From a virus, in the IMG/VR virus record IMGVR_UViG_3300042946_000249: a stretch of 64,000 bases of DNA; one strand, given 5' to 3'. Below the pieces are notes generated by a model, which was given only the letters and a program-made list of their open reading frames with translations, was not told where the DNA came from and did no database searches. Positions 29,101 through 37,480 of this stretch are shown piece after piece. Every line of letters begins with the position of its first letter. Position 1 is the stretch's first letter. The translations under genes were made by a program, and so were the position numbers.

Positions 29101-31792
29101 GTCTGTTGTTTCTTATTACGCATCTCTTAAGAATGTATTTGTTAATCAATACGGACAAATCTATTCTTATAGCACGGTGGACACTGGTTTCCAAGTGCTT
29201 GTGGATGATACCACTCCCGACATACAAACAGTGTTTGGTGGTGATACATTCATCAGCAGGTTTGCATTCAAGACCAAGCTTCCATTCTTTATTGACAACC
29301 GTGTGAATGCTCCTGATGACAGTGATATATTCTATGATGAGATAGGTAACATAGCCTATCCAAAATACTGGCATTCAGCACGTTCTATTCTTAGAGACTA
29401 CAGCATCACAGGTGTGGGTGTATTGTCAAACATTATTTCATACAAGGCTCACAACTTTGATTGTCCAAACAGTCAGTTTGTAGCTCCTGGACAGCCTAAG
29501 GATAGCAATCCTGGAAGAACTTTCTACGACGGATATTTCTATTTGTTTGCATACGGTATTCCTAATTTCTATTGTGAGAGCTCTTACAACGTAGACCTAC
29601 GTCAAGCTTTCAACAATAGAGAAGGAGACTTCTGGCCTCACGTGAGTACAGGAATTCCTGATGACTGGGTGCAGCAAAGTTATGTTCCTATTGTTCAGGA
29701 TAATACATACTACTACAATGTCACATATTCTAAGCAGAATAGAGAAAACACATTTACAAATCTACCTATCGACTGGGGTAAACCTTGCTTCACATACTAC
29801 CCTTTCAGAGCTATCTATTCTGATTCTCAGAATATCGACTCTGATAACAGGGTGAATAGCTGGTTGATTTACAGAGCCATATCTTATTATGACTTCCCAC
29901 AGAACTATGGAAATCTTATATCCCTAGATGGAATTCAGAACAAGGCAGTGCTTGCTCGTTTTGAGAACAAGACGCTTCTGTACAACAACCTCCTTACGAT
30001 AGATACAAGTAACCCTCAGGCAGCGTATGTGGGTAATCCTCAGTTCTTTAGATCAGCTCCTCCGATTGACTTCGCAGAAACTGATTTGGGATATGTAGGA
30101 ACCCAAAACAAGATGTTGCTGAAGATTCCACAAGGACAAGTGTCTGTGGATGCTAAACGTGGTCAGGTGTTCTTAATCTCTGGTACACAGGCTGTAGACC
30201 TGTCAGGGTTTGGTTCAGGACTTAATAGGTTCTTTACAGACCATCTGGCATTTGAAATCCTGCGTTACTTCCCAGAGGTGCCTACAGATAACCACTTCAC
30301 AGGAATTGGTCTGCATGGTGTGTTTGATAGTAAGTATGACAGGGTGCTCATCACTAAGCTTGACTATGTTCCAAAGAGCAAGGATGTTAAATACGATGCT
30401 GTAAAGAGAGAGTTTTATATTGAAACTCAATATAGAATGCCTTCAGAAGATCTCATCTACAGTGTTGTTCGTGAGAGAGTTTATTTGACAGATGAGAAAT
30501 ACTTCTGCAACAAGAGCTGGACAGTGTCTTTCAACTTCAATACTAAGAGCTGGATAAGCTTCCATAGCTACATTCCTAACTGGTATATTGGTGAGAACAA
30601 CTTCTTCTACTCTGGTCTTAATGGATGTTGTGATGACTTTGATGTGATTGTTGGTGTTCCTGGACCTATTCCAACCACCACCACCACTTCTAGTACATCT
30701 ACCACTTCTACAAGCTCTACCACCACTACAACCACTACATTGAATTGTAATCTTGTAGGAACTGTTAGAGAAACAAACTGTACCATATCAGGAACAGCTG
30801 TAGTGACAGTACCACCACCAATACCTCCTTGCGAAAGACCTGAAGGTTTGATAGAAGATGTGTTCTTTACAGGATACAACATCATCTCTCCTCCTAGCAA
30901 TGTAGATTCTACAGGAAGTCAATCAGATGCATGTAATGCTGTTGCCTACCTGAATACATTTGGGGAAGAATATGTAAACGTTGTACCTACATTCCTCACT
31001 ATCGAATACCAAGGACTGTATGTTGGATCTAAAGTGTTTGTAACCAATGGTACAACTGATTGTACAACAATCCCTGATGGTTGGTATTTCACAGGAGCTT
31101 CTCAATCGCTTAATGTAGTGTTTGAAGTGGTAGACGGAGAGATTGTATACATCACTAGTTGTACAACCACAACAACTTCTACAAGTAGCACAACTACTAG
31201 TACAACCAGCACAACATCTACAACCAGTACAACTAGTAGTACAACGTCTACAACTACTAGCTCTACTAGTACAACAACCACTAGTACATCATCTACAACA
31301 ACCACTACAACTACAGCTATACCTGTAACCACTACCACTACTTCTAGTAGTAGTACAACTACAACAACAACAACAGGTACACCACCACCAACTACCACTA
31401 CTACAAGTTCTAGTAGCACCACTACTACATCAACTAGTAGCACTAGCACTACGTCTACTAGTAGTACAACAACTACTACCACTACTGCAGCACCTATTAC
31501 TTGTAATAATTACAACATAGAAGGTGCCCCATCAATAGATGTTGAATGGTTAGAGTGTGATGGTACACCAAATTCCGCTACAGTAACAACCGCAATAGTT
31601 ATTTGTGCTCAGACAGGTAGTGTTTCTCAGACAGGAGGATCAGGAAACATAACACAACTTGGTTCTTGTACATCACCAACCACAACAACATCTACAACTA
31701 GCAGCACATCTACAACCACAACAACCACCACAGCTGCACCTGATTGTTCACTTGCTGGAACAGCTGTTGAAGGAGAACCATCACTACCATAA
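26177..31792 (+). CDS. giant tail/structural protein (1871 aa) with C-terminal small Cys domains separated by poly-Thr/Ser linkers
   Basis: ORF track; three Thr/Ser linkers (about 30660-30745, 31150-31500, 31672-31745). Confidence 0.6.
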   Translation: MAEQEQGNIRQEYNNATTGLNMDQTPNQIAKGKLTYALNAAVENYDANSVNYQNEPGNELCVTFPSGFVLIGNHFIQEKSKHIFFITNPDTGDSQIGYMENNDCIYRVVVNAPCLNFSTNYPIHKVAHKITNCTTEIYWTDGFNPRRYLDIDNIPKVLKSGTPFCDPKYTDDLDCNQLKLQPNFNIPQLEVTDVASTGNLIAGTYQFAIQYSDAQGNPYTSYYSVTNPTPIADKFITSVNFNYAVGKSIILNISNLEDTGLYQYFNLAVIKTVNDITSVELVGTYYIDAVQKEITYTGQNVTQIRLTINDIFEKFPYYDIAQDLTVAQDVLIWDNLTSIDRINYQSIASQIPLLWESWRIPADQNYADELNATNLRGYLRDEVYAFEIVFLLKNGKQTDGFHIPGRIKGPAENLQPDVPDTNPDFIGIPDYTSGGVGYSPYWKIYNTGSVLGTSPGYSPAPDYRGAYQYGEFGYWESADTYPCNKDVWGDLAGQPIRHHKFPDINVSPAYESKIFTGPSGMVMGNDAVFPIGVQIDVQLVSSLIQTSNLTPEQKDDIVAFKIIRADRGTNKSIVAKGILRNVNTYEREEETYYYPNYPYNDLNSDPFLNTANNAYSQICDGYTVFIDTLVVDPAGGPSFAEVEYTDCNTNKATKKKYFAIDQYPLCSIGKPRILGPATGRVGLSTYEVWTAQVCNPSPFAFARGGRIEWNDIYTGITTQWINGWPTSPVYTLYVVPGTGGPVQIEGPGEICFTGPTLVTGANCKAETPQPGFTEKYRQIFNSPETSFGQPFLGGVLKLESVMFGRGKGHFVEVRDNAKYKLLTEEAQRDALESAEELGDVTTPFNATAMFTAYQAYLTIYVNGITRKNYAYSFNSIGDYNYGVGVPDNQGIKQRTLDIARYLIPGVQNVGDLYNINNFQRESSVYLRTDLNKTALPFPDQSPNMLSAGSPIVTDISRFTISERSKCQAPAKEEDMSVVSYYASLKNVFVNQYGQIYSYSTVDTGFQVLVDDTTPDIQTVFGGDTFISRFAFKTKLPFFIDNRVNAPDDSDIFYDEIGNIAYPKYWHSARSILRDYSITGVGVLSNIISYKAHNFDCPNSQFVAPGQPKDSNPGRTFYDGYFYLFAYGIPNFYCESSYNVDLRQAFNNREGDFWPHVSTGIPDDWVQQSYVPIVQDNTYYYNVTYSKQNRENTFTNLPIDWGKPCFTYYPFRAIYSDSQNIDSDNRVNSWLIYRAISYYDFPQNYGNLISLDGIQNKAVLARFENKTLLYNNLLTIDTSNPQAAYVGNPQFFRSAPPIDFAETDLGYVGTQNKMLLKIPQGQVSVDAKRGQVFLISGTQAVDLSGFGSGLNRFFTDHLAFEILRYFPEVPTDNHFTGIGLHGVFDSKYDRVLITKLDYVPKSKDVKYDAVKREFYIETQYRMPSEDLIYSVVRERVYLTDEKYFCNKSWTVSFNFNTKSWISFHSYIPNWYIGENNFFYSGLNGCCDDFDVIVGVPGPIPTTTTTSSTSTTSTSSTTTTTTTLNCNLVGTVRETNCTISGTAVVTVPPPIPPCERPEGLIEDVFFTGYNIISPPSNVDSTGSQSDACNAVAYLNTFGEEYVNVVPTFLTIEYQGLYVGSKVFVTNGTTDCTTIPDGWYFTGASQSLNVVFEVVDGEIVYITSCTTTTTSTSSTTTSTTSTTSTTSTTSSTTSTTTSSTSTTTTSTSSTTTTTTTAIPVTTTTTSSSSTTTTTTTGTPPPTTTTTSSSSTTTTSTSSTSTTSTSSTTTTTTTAAPITCNNYNIEGAPSIDVEWLECDGTPNSATVTTAIVICAQTGSVSQTGGSGNITQLGSCTSPTTTTSTTSSTSTTTTTTTAAPDCSLAGTAVEGEPSLP
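31150..31500 (+). repeat. coding low-complexity repeat: about 113-aa poly-Thr/Ser (mucin-like) linker
   Basis: ACN/AGY/TCN codon runs translating to TTTTSTSSTTTST... Confidence 0.8.
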
Positions 31793-31811
31793 CTTTTAAA
31801 TATCATATAAA

Positions 31812-32414
31812 ATGACAGTATTAATAACATTAACAACAGCTGGGACAGACACAGGTCCTTTCAACCTCTACTCGAATGTGGATGGTTATGTTTCAGCATT
31901 TGAAACAGGTGTGTCTAAAGCTGCACTTGTATCAGGTTATTCATCTGCACTTGTTCCTAATGGTACAGCAACCATAAGAATAAAGTCTACGGGCACTTGT
32001 GTAAACTACATAGATGTTACAGTGGTTACAACTACTACCACCACATCAAGCACAACATCTACGTCTAGTACCACAACAACCACGTCTAGTACTACACCAC
32101 CTACTGAGCTATTTGTTTATGCAAAATATATAAATGCTGCATCTCCTGGTGATTTACAATTTAGTATAAACTCAGGACCAAACTTCAACGCTGGTGCTAT
32201 AGCAACATCATCTTGTAATTATATGTTTACAATAAGTGGAATCACTGCAGGAGATAGCATTTCGTTTACTGACTCAAACAGTCAGGCAATTGCAGGAAGC
32301 ACATCTGTTTGTCCTTCAGGACCTGGTGGATTTGGCTGTACGTACAACTACTCTGTATTAGTGTCTGGTCCACAAACTGCATACATTTCTGTTGACGGAA
32401 CTACCGCTTGTTAA
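31812..32414 (+). CDS. tail-associated protein (200 aa): N-terminal GPF domain, poly-Thr linker, C-terminal domain
   Basis: N-terminal domain is paralogous to that of 32426..33292. Confidence 0.5.
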   Translation: MTVLITLTTAGTDTGPFNLYSNVDGYVSAFETGVSKAALVSGYSSALVPNGTATIRIKSTGTCVNYIDVTVVTTTTTTSSTTSTSSTTTTTSSTTPPTELFVYAKYINAASPGDLQFSINSGPNFNAGAIATSSCNYMFTISGITAGDSISFTDSNSQAIAGSTSVCPSGPGGFGCTYNYSVLVSGPQTAYISVDGTTAC

Positions 32415-32425
32415 AATAAATAAGA

Positions 32426-33292
32426 ATGGCTAAGACAATCATCATAAAATTAACTAGCTCAGGACCCACAGCGGGACCCTTTACAATCATTGACCAACTT
32501 GGAAACACTCTAGCAACGGGTGTTTCCAAGGAGGACTTGATTTCTGGGGTGAGCTATGTTGTGGATGATGCTGTTAATGTCATCACTGTAGAATCTACAG
32601 GTAAGTGCAAAAGCAAGAAAAACTTCCCTGTCACTACAGTTAATCCTGTAAGTTTAGCAGCTACCACGTATAACCAAATATCAACAGCTTGTATCTGGAG
32701 GCACTTGAAGAACCCAGTGGTGTATAACTACTTCTATGGAAACATAGAACCTTACATCATCGAGTATCCATTTGCCTATCAGTATCAGGATGAAATCCTA
32801 CAATCTGTTCAGGATTACACCAAGGCATATAGATACTTCTCTGATCCAGATGGTGTGTCTGATGACAACCGCAAGATAGAAACTGACAATGCTTGGTTTA
32901 ATAAGGCTGTCCTTTACAATGGTCAACAGAGTACAGGTGTGCTTGAGTTGGTTCCTAAACCAATCAACAACCTGAAGGAATACTTAAAGTATCCAATATA
33001 TAACGCTGATAGTAAGACAATTACATTCACAAAGAGTGATAACTTCTATCAATACAATACGTTCTGGAGTCTTGTAAAGAACAAACAAGAACCTCTGTTC
33101 ATACGCACGTGCGAGAGCTTGTCTTTGGACAAGGTGGTGAACCAGGCTAATATGGACTACGGAAAGAGATCTTTCAAGAAGGAACCTCTGAGAGCTAAGG
33201 AGCTTAAGGTGAGACACATCCTTGATAACCGCAGCGATGCACACCTGGTTTCTCAGTTTATTTACACACCTGCTCAAATCTCTTACAAGTAA
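32426..33292 (+). CDS. tail-associated protein (288 aa) with paralogous N-terminal GPF domain
   Basis: LTSSGPTAGPFTIID...GVSKEDLISG...ESTGKC aligns with LTTAGTDTGPFNLYS...GVSKAALVSG...KSTGTC of the previous gene. Confidence 0.5.
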   Translation: MAKTIIIKLTSSGPTAGPFTIIDQLGNTLATGVSKEDLISGVSYVVDDAVNVITVESTGKCKSKKNFPVTTVNPVSLAATTYNQISTACIWRHLKNPVVYNYFYGNIEPYIIEYPFAYQYQDEILQSVQDYTKAYRYFSDPDGVSDDNRKIETDNAWFNKAVLYNGQQSTGVLELVPKPINNLKEYLKYPIYNADSKTITFTKSDNFYQYNTFWSLVKNKQEPLFIRTCESLSLDKVVNQANMDYGKRSFKKEPLRAKELKVRHILDNRSDAHLVSQFIYTPAQISYK

Positions 33293-34341
33293 TGAACAAT
33301 TGGTTAGACAAATATGAACAAGGAGGATTGGTCTTGAAACAAAAGACCAAGGATAACTATGGGAAGAAAGCCAACCCAAACAATCCTGATGTATCATTTC
33401 CTCCAGGGTTCAAGGGATGGGCATATAACACCAAAGGACGTAATTACAGTCCTGCATGGGGTGGACAGTTTAAAGATGGTGGTAACTTGATGCCTGCTAT
33501 GGCTGGAGCCAACCAAACTGTTCCTATGGCTCAGAACGGATTAACATTCTTAGAACCTACAAGCAAGAAACTTCCTAAGGGATATGTTATTCCTTTTAAC
33601 ACCCCTAGTACAGAACTTGCAATGTCTATAGGTGGTGAACAAGGAGAACCTGCATATCTTATACCATCTTTTAAATATGGTAAACCATTAAAAGATCCTG
33701 TAGCTGAGTTTAGAAAAACAGGAGAACATCTTGGTGGTCCATTTAAAACATATCAAGAAGCTGATGAGTGGGAAAGAACAGTGAGACATCCTTATGTTGA
33801 GAAAGGTCAGTCTATTCCTGCTCCTTTAAAAAGATGGGGAAAAGACTTTGCAATGGGAGGCAGCCTTCCTGGTGCTGTAGGATTCATGTACGCACGTACA
33901 GCAGGAGCTGCTCCTAGCAATGGTCCTTATGCTAAGAAGACAAAGGCTAGTGCACAGAATGGTAAGGAGATGAAATACTACCAAGAAGGTTTGGATTTCA
34001 AACCTAAGACCATTAGTCAAGATGGCACTGTGATAGATCCTGAAGGATATTGGAACCCTGAGAACTGGGGCAACCCTGTAATCATCCCATCCACAGATAT
34101 CACTATGGAGGGTGTGGATGTTCCATTGATTGGTATATCTGACACAGGAGATGTACAATACATGCAACCTGGAGAAGACTATGAATTTGATGGTGAATAT
34201 GTAACAGAGTATCCTGTTGCTAAAGATGGTGTTAGTGTGAATAATGCTGATGCTCAACCTATTAAAAAGTTAGACCAATTACTTAACTTTACAAACTATA
34301 ACAAACCAACCAAGGGTGGCTGGTTAGATAAATATAACTGA
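33292..34341 (+). CDS. hypothetical virion protein (349 aa) with WLDKY motif at both termini
   Basis: MNNWLDKYEQGG... ...KGGWLDKYN; TAATG coupling. Confidence 0.5.
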   Translation: MNNWLDKYEQGGLVLKQKTKDNYGKKANPNNPDVSFPPGFKGWAYNTKGRNYSPAWGGQFKDGGNLMPAMAGANQTVPMAQNGLTFLEPTSKKLPKGYVIPFNTPSTELAMSIGGEQGEPAYLIPSFKYGKPLKDPVAEFRKTGEHLGGPFKTYQEADEWERTVRHPYVEKGQSIPAPLKRWGKDFAMGGSLPGAVGFMYARTAGAAPSNGPYAKKTKASAQNGKEMKYYQEGLDFKPKTISQDGTVIDPEGYWNPENWGNPVIIPSTDITMEGVDVPLIGISDTGDVQYMQPGEDYEFDGEYVTEYPVAKDGVSVNNADAQPIKKLDQLLNFTNYNKPTKGGWLDKYN

Positions 34342-34342
34342 T

Positions 34343-37300
34343 ATGAAAGCAAAAATGCTCAAAATCGCTGGTGTTAAGTCTGAGAAGGAATTCTACAAGA
34401 AGTATCCTACAGAAGAAGCATTCATGGCTAAACATGGTAAAGCCTTAAAGAAAGCCCAGATCGGTTCATACATTGGTGGTGAGTCAGGTGCAGGTTTTCA
34501 ACCTATGAACTTCCAAGAGATTTACGACAATGTTGATTATGGTATTACAGGATCTACAGATGAAATGCGTAAGGAGGAAGAACTCAGAAAAGCACAGATT
34601 AAATCTGCTCAAGAAGAATCTGGCAAAGGAGGTGGTGGAGGACTTGGTGATATTGCCAATGTTCTTCAGAGCAAAGAATTTGCAGATGCCCTTACTAGCG
34701 CAGCTGGTGGTGCTAGAAAAGGTAAGACTATTAAGAAAGCACAAGCTGGAGATCAGATTGAAGTGGAAGAGAAACCAGGTGGAGACTTTTTTAAACAAGC
34801 ATCTAAATATGCAGGTCCTGCAGGTAAGCTTATAGAAGGGTTCCAACAATTAAAAGCAGAGAAAGAAGCACTCAAAAGTGCTCAGCAGATGCAAGGGGTA
34901 AGTGATGTTGTAAGACAAGCTGCAAATACACGTCCTGAAGAAACACAACGTAGATATCTTCGTCCTGAGAATATTAAAAATACAGGAGAAGAGTTCTTCC
35001 CAATATATGGTGTAGGTACGAATGTTCTTGCAAGGAACGGAGCTTCTGTTGGTGGTGGAGAAATCATGAACACGTTTGCTCCAAATACACTTTACGATGA
35101 TCTTGGATATGAGCCTTTGAATGATAGCGAACGCTATAAGCAGTTTATGCATGGTGGTAAAATGCACAAAGCTGCAACTGGCTTAGAAATGTTTGCTGAA
35201 GCTGGTGGTGGAGATATTGCAAGTAAACTACTAACTGGTATCACTGGTGAGAATGCTGGTGGTAACATAGGTGGAACTATTGGTAAAACTGCTGGAATGT
35301 TCTTTGGACCAGTGGGAAGTATGGTAGGTCAAGCAGCTGGTCAACTTATTGGTACAGCCCTTGACAGAAAACCCCAACAAATTAAAAAGGCTAAAGCTGC
35401 TACAGAGAAGAATATCAAAGCTACAGCTCTTCAATCAGGGTTTCAGGGTGGACAGGCACAAAATTCATCATTCATGGAGAATGGTGGAACAACCTCTCCA
35501 TATGAATGGGTGAGTCATACATGGCAACCTCAGGTGATTGCTACCTTCGGAGAACACAAAGTGAAAGACCTGCTCACACCTCCAAAGGATGCTGATATGC
35601 TAAGAGCTGGTGGTCATCTAAAAGAATACACTCCTCCTAGTGCAAGAGCTATGTCTACAGAAAGACCTGACTTCCAGATGGGTGGTGAGCTTCAGACACA
35701 TTGGGGTGGATATGCAGAGTCTATGTCTCAGAATCCATACCTGCCAGATGGTGGAGAAACAATCATGTTCAGAGGTCAGTCTCACGATGAGAGTGATGGT
35801 AAGGGTAACACAGGTATTGGTATCACTTATGGTGACAACCCTGTAGAGGTGGAAAGAGGTGAACCAGCTATCAAGATGAGAGATGGGTCTGGTGGTGACT
35901 CTAGCCTTGTAGTATTTGGTAACTTAAAGATTCCAAAGCTGCTAGGTGATCCTAAGGCAGAAGGTAAAAACTTCAAGAGATATGTAGAAGGTTTGTCAAA
36001 AAATGAAAACAAACAGAACACACTTGTTAATAAATCTATCACAGAGATTGACGAAATGGATGTACAAACTCCTTTTGATAGATTGAAATTCAACTCTTTA
36101 CAAGCAAACGTTATGGGTGGTAATTTAAAACTTAAAGACATAGCTCAAAAGAAAATGGATGCTGCCGCTCTTCAAACTGCTATGAATGACACTATTGAAC
36201 AGTTCGGTCTGAAAACCACAGACAAGGGTAACATCATGGCTAAACTTGGTGCAAACATTCTAAAGGCACAAACAGGTAAAGATCTTCCTAAGCTAGAACA
36301 AAAGGATTACGAATACTTGCAAGGGTTATATGATGTTGCTGAAAGAGAAAAAACAGGACCTACAGTTCTAAAGTTCCAGAAAGAGTTTCACAGACTAGCA
36401 AAGCCTTATGCTGAAAAGGTGATTTCTGAAGAACCCACAACTTCCTTTGGAAAGAAAATGGGGTATCCTGCAACTGATATAAGAAGTAATGAGGACAAGA
36501 TATTTGGAAAGAGAACAGTGAAATATATGTCAGCTCTAAAGGATGCCATGAAATCCCCAACACCCCCTGAAAAAGAATCAGGACTTCCTCCTATTACACT
36601 TACAACCAAGAAGAGCGAAACTGTTCCAGAAAAAGAAAAAGAAGGAGAAGAACCAGTTTATCCAAAACGTCCTGGTATCATAAACGTTATAAACGAAGTG
36701 CTTCCTTATCTAAGACCTACGGATGTAGAAGATCTAGATCCTAATCAACTTACTGGTGAGATGTATGCATTGGCTACCAATCAGTTAGAACCTGTAGCTG
36801 CACAAACAATTCAGCCTCAGCTAACCATCCCTTATGACATCTCTCTTCAAGACATTCTAAATGAGAACAGGGCTTCCTTGAGATCACAACAGAGACTTGT
36901 GGGATACAATCCTGCTTTACAAAGTCAACTTGGGGCACAAGAATATGCTGCTAATCAGAGAGTGCTAGGTGAGCAATTCCGTATGAATCAGGCATTTAAG
37001 AACCAGATTTACAAAGAGAATAGGGATAAGCTTGATCAGTTTGGCTTGAAGAATCTTGAGATTCTTGACCGTCAATATCTTCGTCAGGCTGAAGCTAAGA
37101 GCAAGACCAAGGCCACCACTCAGGCTGCTCTTAATTCTATTGCTGCCAAATATGCTCAGAACAAGTTGGAAAACAGAACATTACAGGTGTATGAGAACCT
37201 TTACAATTATCGTTTTGATCCTAGATTTAGGGCTACAAATATGAATCCTCTGGTGGATTTTGAAGCAATGATTGCTAATGCTAGCCCTTCTCAGATAGCA

Positions 37301-37393
37301 GAATACAAGAAAGCTCTTGAGTCAAAGTCTAAAAAGTCTGACAGTGGGTCTTCCAAAAATGGATCTATTGTAAGGTCTCTTAAAAATATCTAA
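34343..37393 (+). CDS. Gly-rich large virion protein (1016 aa)
   Basis: ORF track. Confidence 0.55.
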   Translation: MKAKMLKIAGVKSEKEFYKKYPTEEAFMAKHGKALKKAQIGSYIGGESGAGFQPMNFQEIYDNVDYGITGSTDEMRKEEELRKAQIKSAQEESGKGGGGGLGDIANVLQSKEFADALTSAAGGARKGKTIKKAQAGDQIEVEEKPGGDFFKQASKYAGPAGKLIEGFQQLKAEKEALKSAQQMQGVSDVVRQAANTRPEETQRRYLRPENIKNTGEEFFPIYGVGTNVLARNGASVGGGEIMNTFAPNTLYDDLGYEPLNDSERYKQFMHGGKMHKAATGLEMFAEAGGGDIASKLLTGITGENAGGNIGGTIGKTAGMFFGPVGSMVGQAAGQLIGTALDRKPQQIKKAKAATEKNIKATALQSGFQGGQAQNSSFMENGGTTSPYEWVSHTWQPQVIATFGEHKVKDLLTPPKDADMLRAGGHLKEYTPPSARAMSTERPDFQMGGELQTHWGGYAESMSQNPYLPDGGETIMFRGQSHDESDGKGNTGIGITYGDNPVEVERGEPAIKMRDGSGGDSSLVVFGNLKIPKLLGDPKAEGKNFKRYVEGLSKNENKQNTLVNKSITEIDEMDVQTPFDRLKFNSLQANVMGGNLKLKDIAQKKMDAAALQTAMNDTIEQFGLKTTDKGNIMAKLGANILKAQTGKDLPKLEQKDYEYLQGLYDVAEREKTGPTVLKFQKEFHRLAKPYAEKVISEEPTTSFGKKMGYPATDIRSNEDKIFGKRTVKYMSALKDAMKSPTPPEKESGLPPITLTTKKSETVPEKEKEGEEPVYPKRPGIINVINEVLPYLRPTDVEDLDPNQLTGEMYALATNQLEPVAAQTIQPQLTIPYDISLQDILNENRASLRSQQRLVGYNPALQSQLGAQEYAANQRVLGEQFRMNQAFKNQIYKENRDKLDQFGLKNLEILDRQYLRQAEAKSKTKATTQAALNSIAAKYAQNKLENRTLQVYENLYNYRFDPRFRATNMNPLVDFEAMIANASPSQIAEYKKALESKSKKSDSGSSKNGSIVRSLKNI

Positions 37394-37457
37394 CTAACTC
37401 AGTTATAGCGATTTACCAAAACTCGTTATAGCTCTTGGAAATTATAATTATTCATAT

Positions 37458-37465
37458 TACATTTG
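37458..37465 (+). promoter_or_regulatory. candidate -7 box TACATTTG (TAnnTTTG) 15 nt upstream of the ATG at 37481
   Basis: Matches the Bacteroidota sigmaA -7 consensus. Confidence 0.3.
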
Positions 37466-37480
37466 CTAACTTAATGTACA

